DNA of 52,355 nt from Deltaproteobacteria bacterium (lineage in GTDB: Bacteria > Myxococcota > Kuafuiibacteriia > Kuafuiibacteriales > Kuafuiibacteriaceae), in contig JAVJQW010000002.1 of assembly GCA_040218735.1 (NCBI GenBank), forward strand, positions 1-52,355. The letters are read 5' to 3'. The notes below the pieces were generated by a model, which was not told the DNA's origin, ran no database searches, and worked only from the letters and a program-made list of their open reading frames with translations. Shown in pieces: positions 38,301 to 46,645 of the stretch. Position numbers and translations under genes: made by a program. The number at the start of each line of letters is the position of its first letter. Within the stretch, counting starts at the first letter, position 1.

Positions 38301-39157
38301 TTCACCTGGTGATCGGCCCCGTCGGCGCCGGCAAGTCGACGTTTGCGAAGGAGCTCGCGGAGCGCCACGGCGCGGTGCGCCTCACGCTCGACGCGTGGAT
38401 GGCGCGCCTGTACGGCGACGACGAGCGACCCGCGGATCGCATCGGCTGGTACCTGGAGCGGATGGAGCGGTGCCTCGCGCAGATCCAGGAGGTCGCGGCG
38501 CAGGTGCTCGCGGTCGGTCGACCGGTGGTGCTCGAGGTCGGGCTCGTGCAGCGCGAGGAACGCGAGCGCTTCTACGGGTGGGTCGACGCCCACGCCTTCG
38601 ATCTGAGCATCTACGTGATCGACGCGCCGCGCGACGTCCGCCGCGAGCGCGTCCTCGCGCGCAACGAGGAGAAGGGCGAGACGTTCTCGGTGGTCGTCCC
38701 GCCGGAGTTCTTCGAGATCGCGAGCGACGCCTGGCAGCCGCCGGACGAACAGGAGCAAACAGATCGCACGATGGTGTTCATGCACACCGCCGACCCGGAT
38801 TATTCCGGGCTGCCGGATGACTCGGCCGAACGCGCGACGCTCGTCGCAGCGAAGATCGCGGACTGGATGAACGACGGCGGGGCGATCCTCGCGTCCTCGG
38901 TGACGCCCACGGAGGAGCAGGTCGAGGACATCCGCCGGCGGGCCGACGAGATGATCGATTTCTTCGACGCGCTCGGGCCCGAGATCTTCAGCCCCCCGCA
39001 CTGGGACCTGGAGAAGGTTCGTCGCGCCGCCGTCGCCGTTCGCGACCTCCCCGCCTCGGCGGACGAAGCGACGCTCCGGTCGACGCTGCGTGCGTCACTT
39101 CTCGCGTTCGGAATCAGCGACGCGCAGCTCGACGCTGCGTTGAAGACTGCGCCCTGA
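38297..39157 (+). CDS. P-loop kinase-like (AAA_33) protein with extra C-terminal domain
   Basis: GPVGAGKST Walker A, D.WM..LY, R.RV..RN; about 120 extra C-terminal residues. Confidence 0.8.
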   Translation: MIHLVIGPVGAGKSTFAKELAERHGAVRLTLDAWMARLYGDDERPADRIGWYLERMERCLAQIQEVAAQVLAVGRPVVLEVGLVQREERERFYGWVDAHAFDLSIYVIDAPRDVRRERVLARNEEKGETFSVVVPPEFFEIASDAWQPPDEQEQTDRTMVFMHTADPDYSGLPDDSAERATLVAAKIADWMNDGGAILASSVTPTEEQVEDIRRRADEMIDFFDALGPEIFSPPHWDLEKVRRAAVAVRDLPASADEATLRSTLRASLLAFGISDAQLDAALKTAP

Positions 39158-39161
39158 GTGG

Positions 39162-40055
39162 TCAGTCGGTGATCCGCAGGCCGAACCACCACGACGTCCG
39201 CACCTGGTTGTAGCGCAGCAGCGTCTCCCCGAAGCCGTGGAAGATCTGCGTGTAGAAGTGCGGCGTCGCCTTCCACCAGGTCACGTACTCGCTGTCGATC
39301 GCTTTGCCGGGCGCCCAGGTCAGGCCCGCGAGGACGCCGCCGCGGAAGGGGGTGGACCACGGGTAGCCGCCCTTGTGCGCTTCGACTTCGAGTTGGAGTC
39401 GGCCCGCGAACGTTTCGCCCGTGCTCACCACGGCGATGAGTTTGCCGTAGCCGAGGTAGTCGGCGATGTCGTTGTTCATCCCGAGCTGGATGTCGGGCAC
39501 GACCCAGACGCGAGGGTAGAGGGTGACGCTCGGGCCGGTGCGTCCCGCTTTCCACTTGAGCTTGGCTTCGACGTACGCGCGGTTCCAGGAGCGCGATCGA
39601 CTCCCGGCGGTGCCGTTCGACTCGTGCTCGAGCAGGCCGAAGTTGGTGCGCACGAGGGGACCCCACCCTTGGTACCAGGTGAGGAAAACCTCCGGTTTGT
39701 AGTTGCTCTCCTCGAACGGCGAGCCGGAGGCGTAGAGCTGCCAGATCGACTTCTGCGTGAACCCGAACCACGGCATGACGCGACCGAAGATGGCGGCCTC
39801 CTGTGGCTCGGCGCAGTCGAACGAGCCGAGGTCGCGAACCCAGAGCGCGTAGCGCACGGAGATCTGGAACTTCACCGTGTCCGCGAAGGCCTCCTTCGCC
39901 TGGTCGTCGTAGAAGTTCACGAACGTGAAGTAGCTCGGCTGGTACTTACACAGGAGGCGGCCGGCGGTGCTGATGATGCTGGACTCGGCGGTCGACGAGG
40001 TGGTCGTCGAGGTCGCGCCGAGGAGGGCAGTCAGGACAATCGAGGCGGTCACCAC
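39162..40055 (-). CDS. pldA: Outer-membrane phospholipase A1
   Basis: KFQIS, SPFEESNYKPE, catalytic HESNG, SRSWNR, GFGETL..YN motifs. Confidence 0.88.
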   Translation of the reverse strand: MVTASIVLTALLGATSTTTSSTAESSIISTAGRLLCKYQPSYFTFVNFYDDQAKEAFADTVKFQISVRYALWVRDLGSFDCAEPQEAAIFGRVMPWFGFTQKSIWQLYASGSPFEESNYKPEVFLTWYQGWGPLVRTNFGLLEHESNGTAGSRSRSWNRAYVEAKLKWKAGRTGPSVTLYPRVWVVPDIQLGMNNDIADYLGYGKLIAVVSTGETFAGRLQLEVEAHKGGYPWSTPFRGGVLAGLTWAPGKAIDSEYVTWWKATPHFYTQIFHGFGETLLRYNQVRTSWWFGLRITD

Positions 40056-40142
40056 GCGCGGAATCTAGGGCAGGCCGTGCCCCGCCGATAGGCGCGGTGA
40101 TTCGTCGTTGATCTGCCGCGATCCGCCTCCTATCAAGCCGAC

Positions 40143-40859
40143 ATGACCGAGACCGTCACGCTCTACCAATTTGAGCTCTGTCCGTACTGCCACAAGGTTC
40201 GCGCGGGGCTCGACCTGAAGGGGATCGGGTACGAGCGCGTCGACGTGAGCCCGATGAACAAGAAGGAGCTCCCCAAGCTGCCGGAGGATGCGCCGAAGAA
40301 GGTGCCGGTGCTGAAGGTCGGCGATCGGATCGTCTACGACTCGACGGACATCCTCGAGTACCTCGACGAGGTGAAGCCGGAGCAGGTCCCGTTCATCCCG
40401 AAGGAGGAGGCGGCGGCGGCGAAGAGCCGTGAGATCGAGCAGTGGGTCGACGACGAGCTGACGTTCTCGATGCCCACCGTCATCTACGGCACGTGGGGTG
40501 AGGCCGCGAAGGCCGCCCAGGTCACCGCGCGTACGTCGAACTTCGGCCTGATGGAGAACCTCGCGGTGCGCGCGGGCGGCTCGCTGATCATGCACCAGGT
40601 CGCCAAGCGCATCCTCGCCAAGCGCAACAAGACCGACGCCCACGCCTGGATGGCGGAGAACCTCGACAAGGTCGAAGCGTGGCTCGGCGACGCCGACTTC
40701 CTCGGCGGCGACGCCCCGGACCTCGCCGACGCCGCCGTGCACGGCGCCGTGACCTGCATGGCCGAGTTCCCGGCGTTCGCCAACGTACAGAAGCGCCCGA
40801 AGCTCCTCGCCTGGTACCAACGCGTCGCCGACCTGCGCGCCCAGAACCGGCCGAACTAG
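40143..40859 (+). CDS. Glutathione S-transferase family protein (glutaredoxin-like CPYC; mPGES-2-like)
   Basis: YQFELCPYCHKVR, KVPVL, DSTDI, FLGG..PDLAD. Confidence 0.88.
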   Translation: MTETVTLYQFELCPYCHKVRAGLDLKGIGYERVDVSPMNKKELPKLPEDAPKKVPVLKVGDRIVYDSTDILEYLDEVKPEQVPFIPKEEAAAAKSREIEQWVDDELTFSMPTVIYGTWGEAAKAAQVTARTSNFGLMENLAVRAGGSLIMHQVAKRILAKRNKTDAHAWMAENLDKVEAWLGDADFLGGDAPDLADAAVHGAVTCMAEFPAFANVQKRPKLLAWYQRVADLRAQNRPN

Positions 40860-40868
40860 GCCGTTATC

Positions 40869-40931
40869 GGCGAGCAAGCTCGCCTGCGGGCCCTTCGCTC
40901 GCCTTCGGCTCGCTGCGCGGCCCTTCGGGCC
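40869..40931. repeat. Cluster of short GC hairpins between convergent genes (REP-like element or bidirectional terminator)
   Basis: ggcgagc-aa-gctcgcc, gcc-ttc-ggc and ggccc-ttc-gggcc inverted repeats in 63 bp. Confidence 0.5.
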
Positions 40932-40946
40932 TTTGCCAATACCCAA

Positions 40947-42296
40947 CTAACTCAACAACTCACCGATCGGCGTCGTTGTGGTGCCCTCCGCGGTTCCGAA
41001 CGACGGGCGCATGTCGCCCATCGCGCGCAGCACCGTCAGCAGCACGTCCGAGGTGTTGCGGCGGTTGTTGCTGCGGTAGTGGCGGCCCGGGTTGAACGCG
41101 CCGGCGGCGCGGCCCGCCATGATGATCGGGAACTCGTCGTTGGAGTGCGTGTAGCCCTCCGACAGCTCCGTCGTGCCGAGGACCAACGTGTTGTCCAAGA
41201 GGTTGCCTTCGCCGTCCGGCGTCGCGCGGAGGCGCTGCAAGAAGACCGCGAGCTGCTCCATCTTGAAGATCGTCGCGGCGTGCACCGTGGGTTGCGGCTC
41301 GGCGCCGCCCGCGCGCTCGTCGTGGCAGATCTGGTGGAAGCTGTTCTGCGCGCCGACCATCCAGTAACGCGTGCCCGCGCCCGCGGTGCTGAACAGGACC
41401 GACGCCACCCGCGTGAGGTCACACGCCAGCGCCATCGCGACCAGCTCGCTCATCACCGCGTTCTTCTCGCGGATCTGCTCGTTGCCCTCGACGTCCGGGT
41501 AGTTCGGGTTCGGAATGTCAGGGCGCGTGCACGTCGCCGCCGACGCGCTCAGGCGCTGCTCCAACGCACGCACGCTCTCGAAGTGCTGCTCCAACCGCAC
41601 GCGATCGCGCGCGCCGACGCGCCCCTGAAGCGAAGTGATGTCGCCGAGCACCGCGTCGAGCACCGAGCGGCGCGCGCCGTCGATCTGCGCGTCGCCGGGC
41701 ATCCCGAACAGACGGTTGTACACGCGGATCGGCGCGTACTCCGAAGCGTTCACGTTGTTCGGCCCGTTGTGGGAGAGGTGCTGGAACGTCGTCCCCTCGT
41801 CCGTCCCGCGGAAGCGACAGATGCCGACCTCCAACGAACGGTACGGCGTCACACACTCCGGATCCGCCGCGAAGTGATCCGCGACGACCTGGTCGATCGA
41901 CGGCTGCGCGAACGTCGACACGATCGTGTCGCGCGTCGGTCCGATCAGGTGGTACCGCGCGCCCGTCAGCATCCCCGTCATGCCCGAGTGGTGCGGGTGC
42001 GTCGCCGTCTTGATCTCGAACCCCGAGACCGGCGCGACGTACGGCCGCAACCCGTCCGCCACCAGCGGCGCCATCTCGGAGCGCGGCATCCAGTCGACAC
42101 CCTCGCCGATCGGTGTCCAGTGCGCGCGCCGCACGCCGTTGCCCCAGAACCAGAGCACGAACCGCTTCGGCGGCACCGACCCGTCGGCGAACGCACGACC
42201 GGTGCGATCCATCATCGCGTCGAGCACCGGCAGGCCCACCGACACCGCGGTGCCCTGCAGCACCCCGCGGAGGAACGTCCTTCGCTTCAGCCGCAT
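40947..42296 (-). CDS. DUF1552-domain protein (Tat-exported)
   Basis: RRTFLRG...LP.L.AM; PKRF...GNG; SIDQ; RRSVLD; ALACDLTRV; LLDNT. Confidence 0.9.
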   Translation of the reverse strand: MRLKRRTFLRGVLQGTAVSVGLPVLDAMMDRTGRAFADGSVPPKRFVLWFWGNGVRRAHWTPIGEGVDWMPRSEMAPLVADGLRPYVAPVSGFEIKTATHPHHSGMTGMLTGARYHLIGPTRDTIVSTFAQPSIDQVVADHFAADPECVTPYRSLEVGICRFRGTDEGTTFQHLSHNGPNNVNASEYAPIRVYNRLFGMPGDAQIDGARRSVLDAVLGDITSLQGRVGARDRVRLEQHFESVRALEQRLSASAATCTRPDIPNPNYPDVEGNEQIREKNAVMSELVAMALACDLTRVASVLFSTAGAGTRYWMVGAQNSFHQICHDERAGGAEPQPTVHAATIFKMEQLAVFLQRLRATPDGEGNLLDNTLVLGTTELSEGYTHSNDEFPIIMAGRAAGAFNPGRHYRSNNRRNTSDVLLTVLRAMGDMRPSFGTAEGTTTTPIGELLS

Positions 42297-43936
42297 CACT
42301 GCTCCACCCCCGCGTAGCGGAAGCCGTCGCTCCGCACGATCGCCACCACCAGCTCCGTGAACGAGAAGTCCGAAGCCTCGAACGCGTCGGCCAGCTCGTA
42401 GAGCACCGCCACCTCACCGCGCGTCTCGAGGTGACCCGACGCGTAGCGGTACGTCATCTGCGCCATACAGGCCGCGACCTCGCGCCGCTCGCGCAGGATG
42501 CCGCCGAGGCCCTTCGCGTCCTTGAACGGGAGCCCGTCGAGCGAGCCGCGGGTGTCGACCGCGATCCCGTTGTCCGTGGTGCGGTACGCGCCGATCGCGT
42601 CGAACGCCTCCAGCGCGAACCCGAGCGGGTCCATGCGGTTGTGGCAGCCCGCGCACGTCGGCTCGGCGAGGTGGAGCCGCTCCAGACGTTGACGCAGCGT
42701 CTCGGGACCGACGTTCGGATCCTGCGCCGGGATCGTCGTGTTCACCGTCGGCGGCGGCGCCGGGATGTCCTGACACAACAGCGACTGCCGAACGAAGCGT
42801 CCGCGGAGCGTGGGCGAGGTCAGCGTCGCGTGTGCGTTCAGCGCGAGGAAGGCGCCCGAGGTGAGGATGCCCGCGCGCGGCGAGTTCTCGGCGAACTGCA
42901 CCTTCACGAACTCCTCGCCGACGAACGAAGCCGGCACCTGGTACAGCCGCGCGAGCTCCGGGTTCACGAAGGTGGTGTCCGTGTCGAAGATCGTCCGGAG
43001 GTCGGCGTCGCGCTCGAAGACGATGTCGTCGATCATCAACAGCAGCTCCTGACGCATCGACTCCCCAAGCGTCGGCGACATCTGCGGGAACAGCGCCGGG
43101 TCCTTGTCGATCGTGTCGAGCCGCTCGAGCTTCAGGTGCTCGGAGAAGAACGCGAGCAGCGCGTCGCGCGCGCGGGGGTCCGCGAGGAGGCGTCGCGCCT
43201 CGCGCTCGATCCCCGCGGCCGAGTCGAGCGTGCCGTCCGCCGCCGCAGCGAGGAGCGCGTCGTCGGGCGTCGACGACCACAGGAAGTACGACAGGCGCGC
43301 CGCCATCTCGTAGCCGTCGTAGCGGAGGCGCCCGCCCTCCGGGACGCCGACGTCCACGCGGAAGAGGAACTGCGGCGACATCAACAGGCCCGCGGTCGTC
43401 ATCTCGAGCGCCGCCCACACACTCCCGAGGCGATCCTCGACGTCCGCGATCACCGCCGACCATCGATCGAGCTGCTCCACGTCGAGCGGCCGTCGGAACA
43501 CCTGTCCGCCGAAGCGCTCCAGGAACGCACGCACACACGGGTCGGCGGCGTCGGCCGGCGCGCACCCGACGAACCCTTCGCGCCGGTCCGGCGTGAACAC
43601 CTGCGCGGCGAGGTCGCGCGCCGCGGCTTCGTACTGCTCCGCCGCGCGCGGTCCGATCGTGAGGTTGGACGCGCCGACGGTCGTGAAGCTGTGCAGCGGT
43701 GTGTCGACCTCGAGGTCCTCTGGCACGTCGACCGGCCCGAGCAGGTCGCGCACGGAGTTTCGGTACTGGCGCAGCGTGAGGCGGTGCAGCCGCGCTTCGG
43801 CCGGCGCAAACTCGGGGACGTACGGCTCGTCGGGCGGAGGCGGCGTCGGGTCGTCCGGGACAGGGGGCGGCGCCTCGGCCGGACCGGTGCAGCTCGCGAC
43901 CACGAGTGACACGAGCAACGTATGTATCCGCGCCAT
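42296..43936 (-). CDS. DUF1592/DUF1588/DUF1585-domain lipoprotein with CxxCH
   Basis: RLT..QY.NSVRDL, SPQFLFR, RLSYFLWSS.PD, RAGIL, SPTLRG, CAGCH..MDPLGF.LE.FDAIG. Confidence 0.92.
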   Translation of the reverse strand: MARIHTLLVSLVVASCTGPAEAPPPVPDDPTPPPPDEPYVPEFAPAEARLHRLTLRQYRNSVRDLLGPVDVPEDLEVDTPLHSFTTVGASNLTIGPRAAEQYEAAARDLAAQVFTPDRREGFVGCAPADAADPCVRAFLERFGGQVFRRPLDVEQLDRWSAVIADVEDRLGSVWAALEMTTAGLLMSPQFLFRVDVGVPEGGRLRYDGYEMAARLSYFLWSSTPDDALLAAAADGTLDSAAGIEREARRLLADPRARDALLAFFSEHLKLERLDTIDKDPALFPQMSPTLGESMRQELLLMIDDIVFERDADLRTIFDTDTTFVNPELARLYQVPASFVGEEFVKVQFAENSPRAGILTSGAFLALNAHATLTSPTLRGRFVRQSLLCQDIPAPPPTVNTTIPAQDPNVGPETLRQRLERLHLAEPTCAGCHNRMDPLGFALEAFDAIGAYRTTDNGIAVDTRGSLDGLPFKDAKGLGGILRERREVAACMAQMTYRYASGHLETRGEVAVLYELADAFEASDFSFTELVVAIVRSDGFRYAGVEQ

Positions 43937-44046
43937 CGCAGGCATCCTGACACGACCGCGCCCCGGACCGAACCGAGGCCTTCTGTACTCGGTCCTCTGA
44001 CCGATGCGACCTTGACCCCCTCGCCAGCCTCGCCGAACAAGGAGGG

Positions 44047-45165
44047 GTGCGTCGCGCGCTCTGGATGCTCCTGTTGGCCGGATGCACGGCGCCGGCCGCC
44101 GTCGAGCCCGGCCTCCGCGACGCGGGCCCCGCCGACCCCTGTCTCGCGAGTGATCTCGACGGCGACGGCTTCGGCACCCACGACAGCTGCGCGGTGACGG
44201 ACTGCGACGACGACAACCAAGGTGTGTTCCCCGGCGCGCCCGAAGCGTGCAACGGCCTCGACGAGGACTGCGACGGCGACGTGGACGAAGACCTCGGCGA
44301 AGGATCCTGTGGCGCCGGGCCGTGTCGCCGCGTCGTCCCGTTCTGCGTCGACGGCCAACCCGCCGCGTGCACGCCGGCGCCCCCTTCGGACGAAGTGTGC
44401 AACGGCCTCGACGACGACTGCGACGGCGAGACGGACGAAGGCCTCGTCGGTGAGCTGTGCGGCGTCGGCGCGTGTGTCGCGCGCGCGCAGTGCAACGGCG
44501 GTGCGTGGGCTGCGTGTGTCCCGGCGCCGCCGGGTGAGGAGTCATGCAACCGGATCGACGACGACTGCGACGGCGAGGTCGACGAAGGCTTCGGCAGCGT
44601 CGTCGTGGAGAGCACGTACTCGATCATGATCGGCGAGCACCCGCAGTGCGACGGGACGAGCCAACGCATCGGCTCCGATTGCAACGCAGCTTTCCACCGG
44701 TTCTGCGCGGACCAAGGCTGCAGCACGTCGGGGTTCGGTCCGCTCGAAAACTTCGGCGACGTCGCCGTCGCGGGGTGCGTCCGCGCGACGCCGTTCGACC
44801 TCGAGTACAGCGCGCTCGCCGGCTTCCACCCCGGGTGCAACGGCGTCGCCCAGCGGATCGGTCCCGAGTGCAACGCGGCGATGCATCGCTACTGCGCCGA
44901 CCGCGGGTTCGTGAGTGGCTTCGGGCCGGCGGAGCAGGGGGCGTCGACGGCGCTCGTGCAGTGTGTGAGCGCCGACGTCGCGACGGTCGTGCAGACGACG
45001 TACACGGCGTTGTCCCAGCAGCACGGCGGGTGCACGGCGCAGTCGCGTATCGGCCCGGACTGCAACGCGGCGATCAACCGGTTCTGTCGCGGTCAGGGGC
45101 ACGTGACGGGGTGGGGGCCGATCGAGAACTCGGGCGACGTCGCGGTCGTGACCTGCATTCGCTGA
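44047..45165 (+). CDS. Lipoprotein with CNG.DDDCDG metal-binding repeats and three C-terminal Cys repeats
   Basis: Lipobox LAGC; three E.CN..D.DCDG..DE repeats; three RIG..CNAA..R.C repeats. Confidence 0.85.
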   Translation: MRRALWMLLLAGCTAPAAVEPGLRDAGPADPCLASDLDGDGFGTHDSCAVTDCDDDNQGVFPGAPEACNGLDEDCDGDVDEDLGEGSCGAGPCRRVVPFCVDGQPAACTPAPPSDEVCNGLDDDCDGETDEGLVGELCGVGACVARAQCNGGAWAACVPAPPGEESCNRIDDDCDGEVDEGFGSVVVESTYSIMIGEHPQCDGTSQRIGSDCNAAFHRFCADQGCSTSGFGPLENFGDVAVAGCVRATPFDLEYSALAGFHPGCNGVAQRIGPECNAAMHRYCADRGFVSGFGPAEQGASTALVQCVSADVATVVQTTYTALSQQHGGCTAQSRIGPDCNAAINRFCRGQGHVTGWGPIENSGDVAVVTCIR

Positions 45166-45210
45166 AGACGGATTGACCGGATCCGCGCGACGACCGAGGC
45201 TCCGCGTCCC

Positions 45211-45489
45211 GTGGCGACGGTTCAGCTCACACGGCACCTCTTTCGCTTCTTCCCGGATCTGGAGAAGCAGGACATCGTCGTCGAAGCGTCGACGGTGGCC
45301 GAAGTGGTCGAGCGGCTCGAAGCGATGGCGCCGGGGATCGCGTTTTATCTGTGCGACGAGCGCGGCCGGCTGCGGCAACACGTGAACATCTTCGTCGACG
45401 AAGCGCGCGTCGACGATCGGCGAACGTTGAGCGACGCCGTGGGCGAGGACTCGCGTGTCTTCATCGCGCAGGCGTTGAGTGGAGGTTGA
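45211..45489 (+). CDS. MoaD/ThiS-family ubiquitin-like protein
   Basis: TVAEVV..LE...PG, LRQHVNIFV, C-terminal ALSGG. Confidence 0.92.
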   Translation: MATVQLTRHLFRFFPDLEKQDIVVEASTVAEVVERLEAMAPGIAFYLCDERGRLRQHVNIFVDEARVDDRRTLSDAVGEDSRVFIAQALSGG

Positions 45490-45490
45490 G

Positions 45491-46645
45491 ATGTCGGATC
45501 GGATCTTGGTCGGGACCCGCAAGGGGACGTTCTTCGCAGGGAAGGCAAACGGTCGCTGGAAGCCGAGCCTCGGTGGGCACGCCGGCGCGGGCGTGAACTT
45601 CGTCGCGCGCGACCCGAACACGGGGACGCTGTGGGCGGCGCTCGGTCACGGTCACTGGGGTGCGAAGCTGTCGCGTTCGACGGACGACGGGAAGACGTGG
45701 TCCGACGCGAATCAGATCACCTACCCGGAGGGCGCGCGTTACCTGTCGCCGCCCGCGCCGGACGAGGACGCGTCGAAGGCCGTCGTGAAGAAGGACGCGA
45801 TCGTCCTCAAGCTGTGGGTCCTCGCGTTCGGGCCGACCGGCAAGATGTACGTGGGCACGATCCCCGGCGGGTTGTTCGTGAGCGAGGACGGCGGCGAATC
45901 GTTCGAGCTCAACCGTCCGCTGTGGAACCACGAGTCGCGCGGCGGGGATCTGTTCGAAGGCGAGGGCACGGGCACCACGCACTGGTTCGGCACACCCGCC
46001 GCCGAAGGCGACTTCGCGCCCGGCATCCACTCCGTCGTCACGGACCCGACGAACCCCGACCGCGTGCTCGTCGCGATCTCCACCGCCGGCGTGCTCGAGA
46101 CACTCGACGGCGGCAAGACCTGGAAGGGCCGCAACGTGGGCATGACGAACGACTACCTGCCGGACCCGGCGGCGGAGTGGGGCCACGACCCGCACTTCGT
46201 AGCGCTGTGCCCGGCGCAGCCGAACCATGTCTGGCAGCAGAACCACTGCGGCGTCTTCTACAGCGCGGACGGAACGGCGAGCTGGAAGAAGGTCAGCGCG
46301 CCGGAGGAAGGCGTGCACTTCGGGTTCCCGGTGGCGACGGACGACAACGACGGCAAGACGGCGTGGCTCGTGCCGGGGCTGTCGGATCAGCAGCGCACCA
46401 CGGTCGACGGTGGCTTGTTCGTCGCGCGGACGCAGGACGGAGGCGAGACGTGGGAGGCGCTCCGCGAGGGGCTCCCGCAGGAGCACGCGTACGACGTCGT
46501 GTATCGGCACGCGCTTCACGCGAGCGGCGATCGCGTCGCGTTCGGGAGCACGACCGGCAACCTGTACGTGAGCGAAGACCGCGGCGAGAGCTGGCAGTGC
46601 GTCGCGAACAACCTGCCGCCGATCTACTCGGTGCGGTTCGGCTAA
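45491..46645 (+). CDS. BNR/Asp-box beta-propeller protein
   Basis: ILVGTRKG; Asp boxes STDDGKTW, SEDGGESF, TLDGGKTW, TQDGGETW, SEDRGESW; QQNHCG; GGAGG RBS. Confidence 0.9.
   Translation: MSDRILVGTRKGTFFAGKANGRWKPSLGGHAGAGVNFVARDPNTGTLWAALGHGHWGAKLSRSTDDGKTWSDANQITYPEGARYLSPPAPDEDASKAVVKKDAIVLKLWVLAFGPTGKMYVGTIPGGLFVSEDGGESFELNRPLWNHESRGGDLFEGEGTGTTHWFGTPAAEGDFAPGIHSVVTDPTNPDRVLVAISTAGVLETLDGGKTWKGRNVGMTNDYLPDPAAEWGHDPHFVALCPAQPNHVWQQNHCGVFYSADGTASWKKVSAPEEGVHFGFPVATDDNDGKTAWLVPGLSDQQRTTVDGGLFVARTQDGGETWEALREGLPQEHAYDVVYRHALHASGDRVAFGSTTGNLYVSEDRGESWQCVANNLPPIYSVRFG

Noticed and set aside
44240-44590. Nucleotide repeats gacgactgcgacggcga as a possible CRISPR array
   Set aside because: They encode in-frame CNG.DDDCDG protein repeats; no cas genes.
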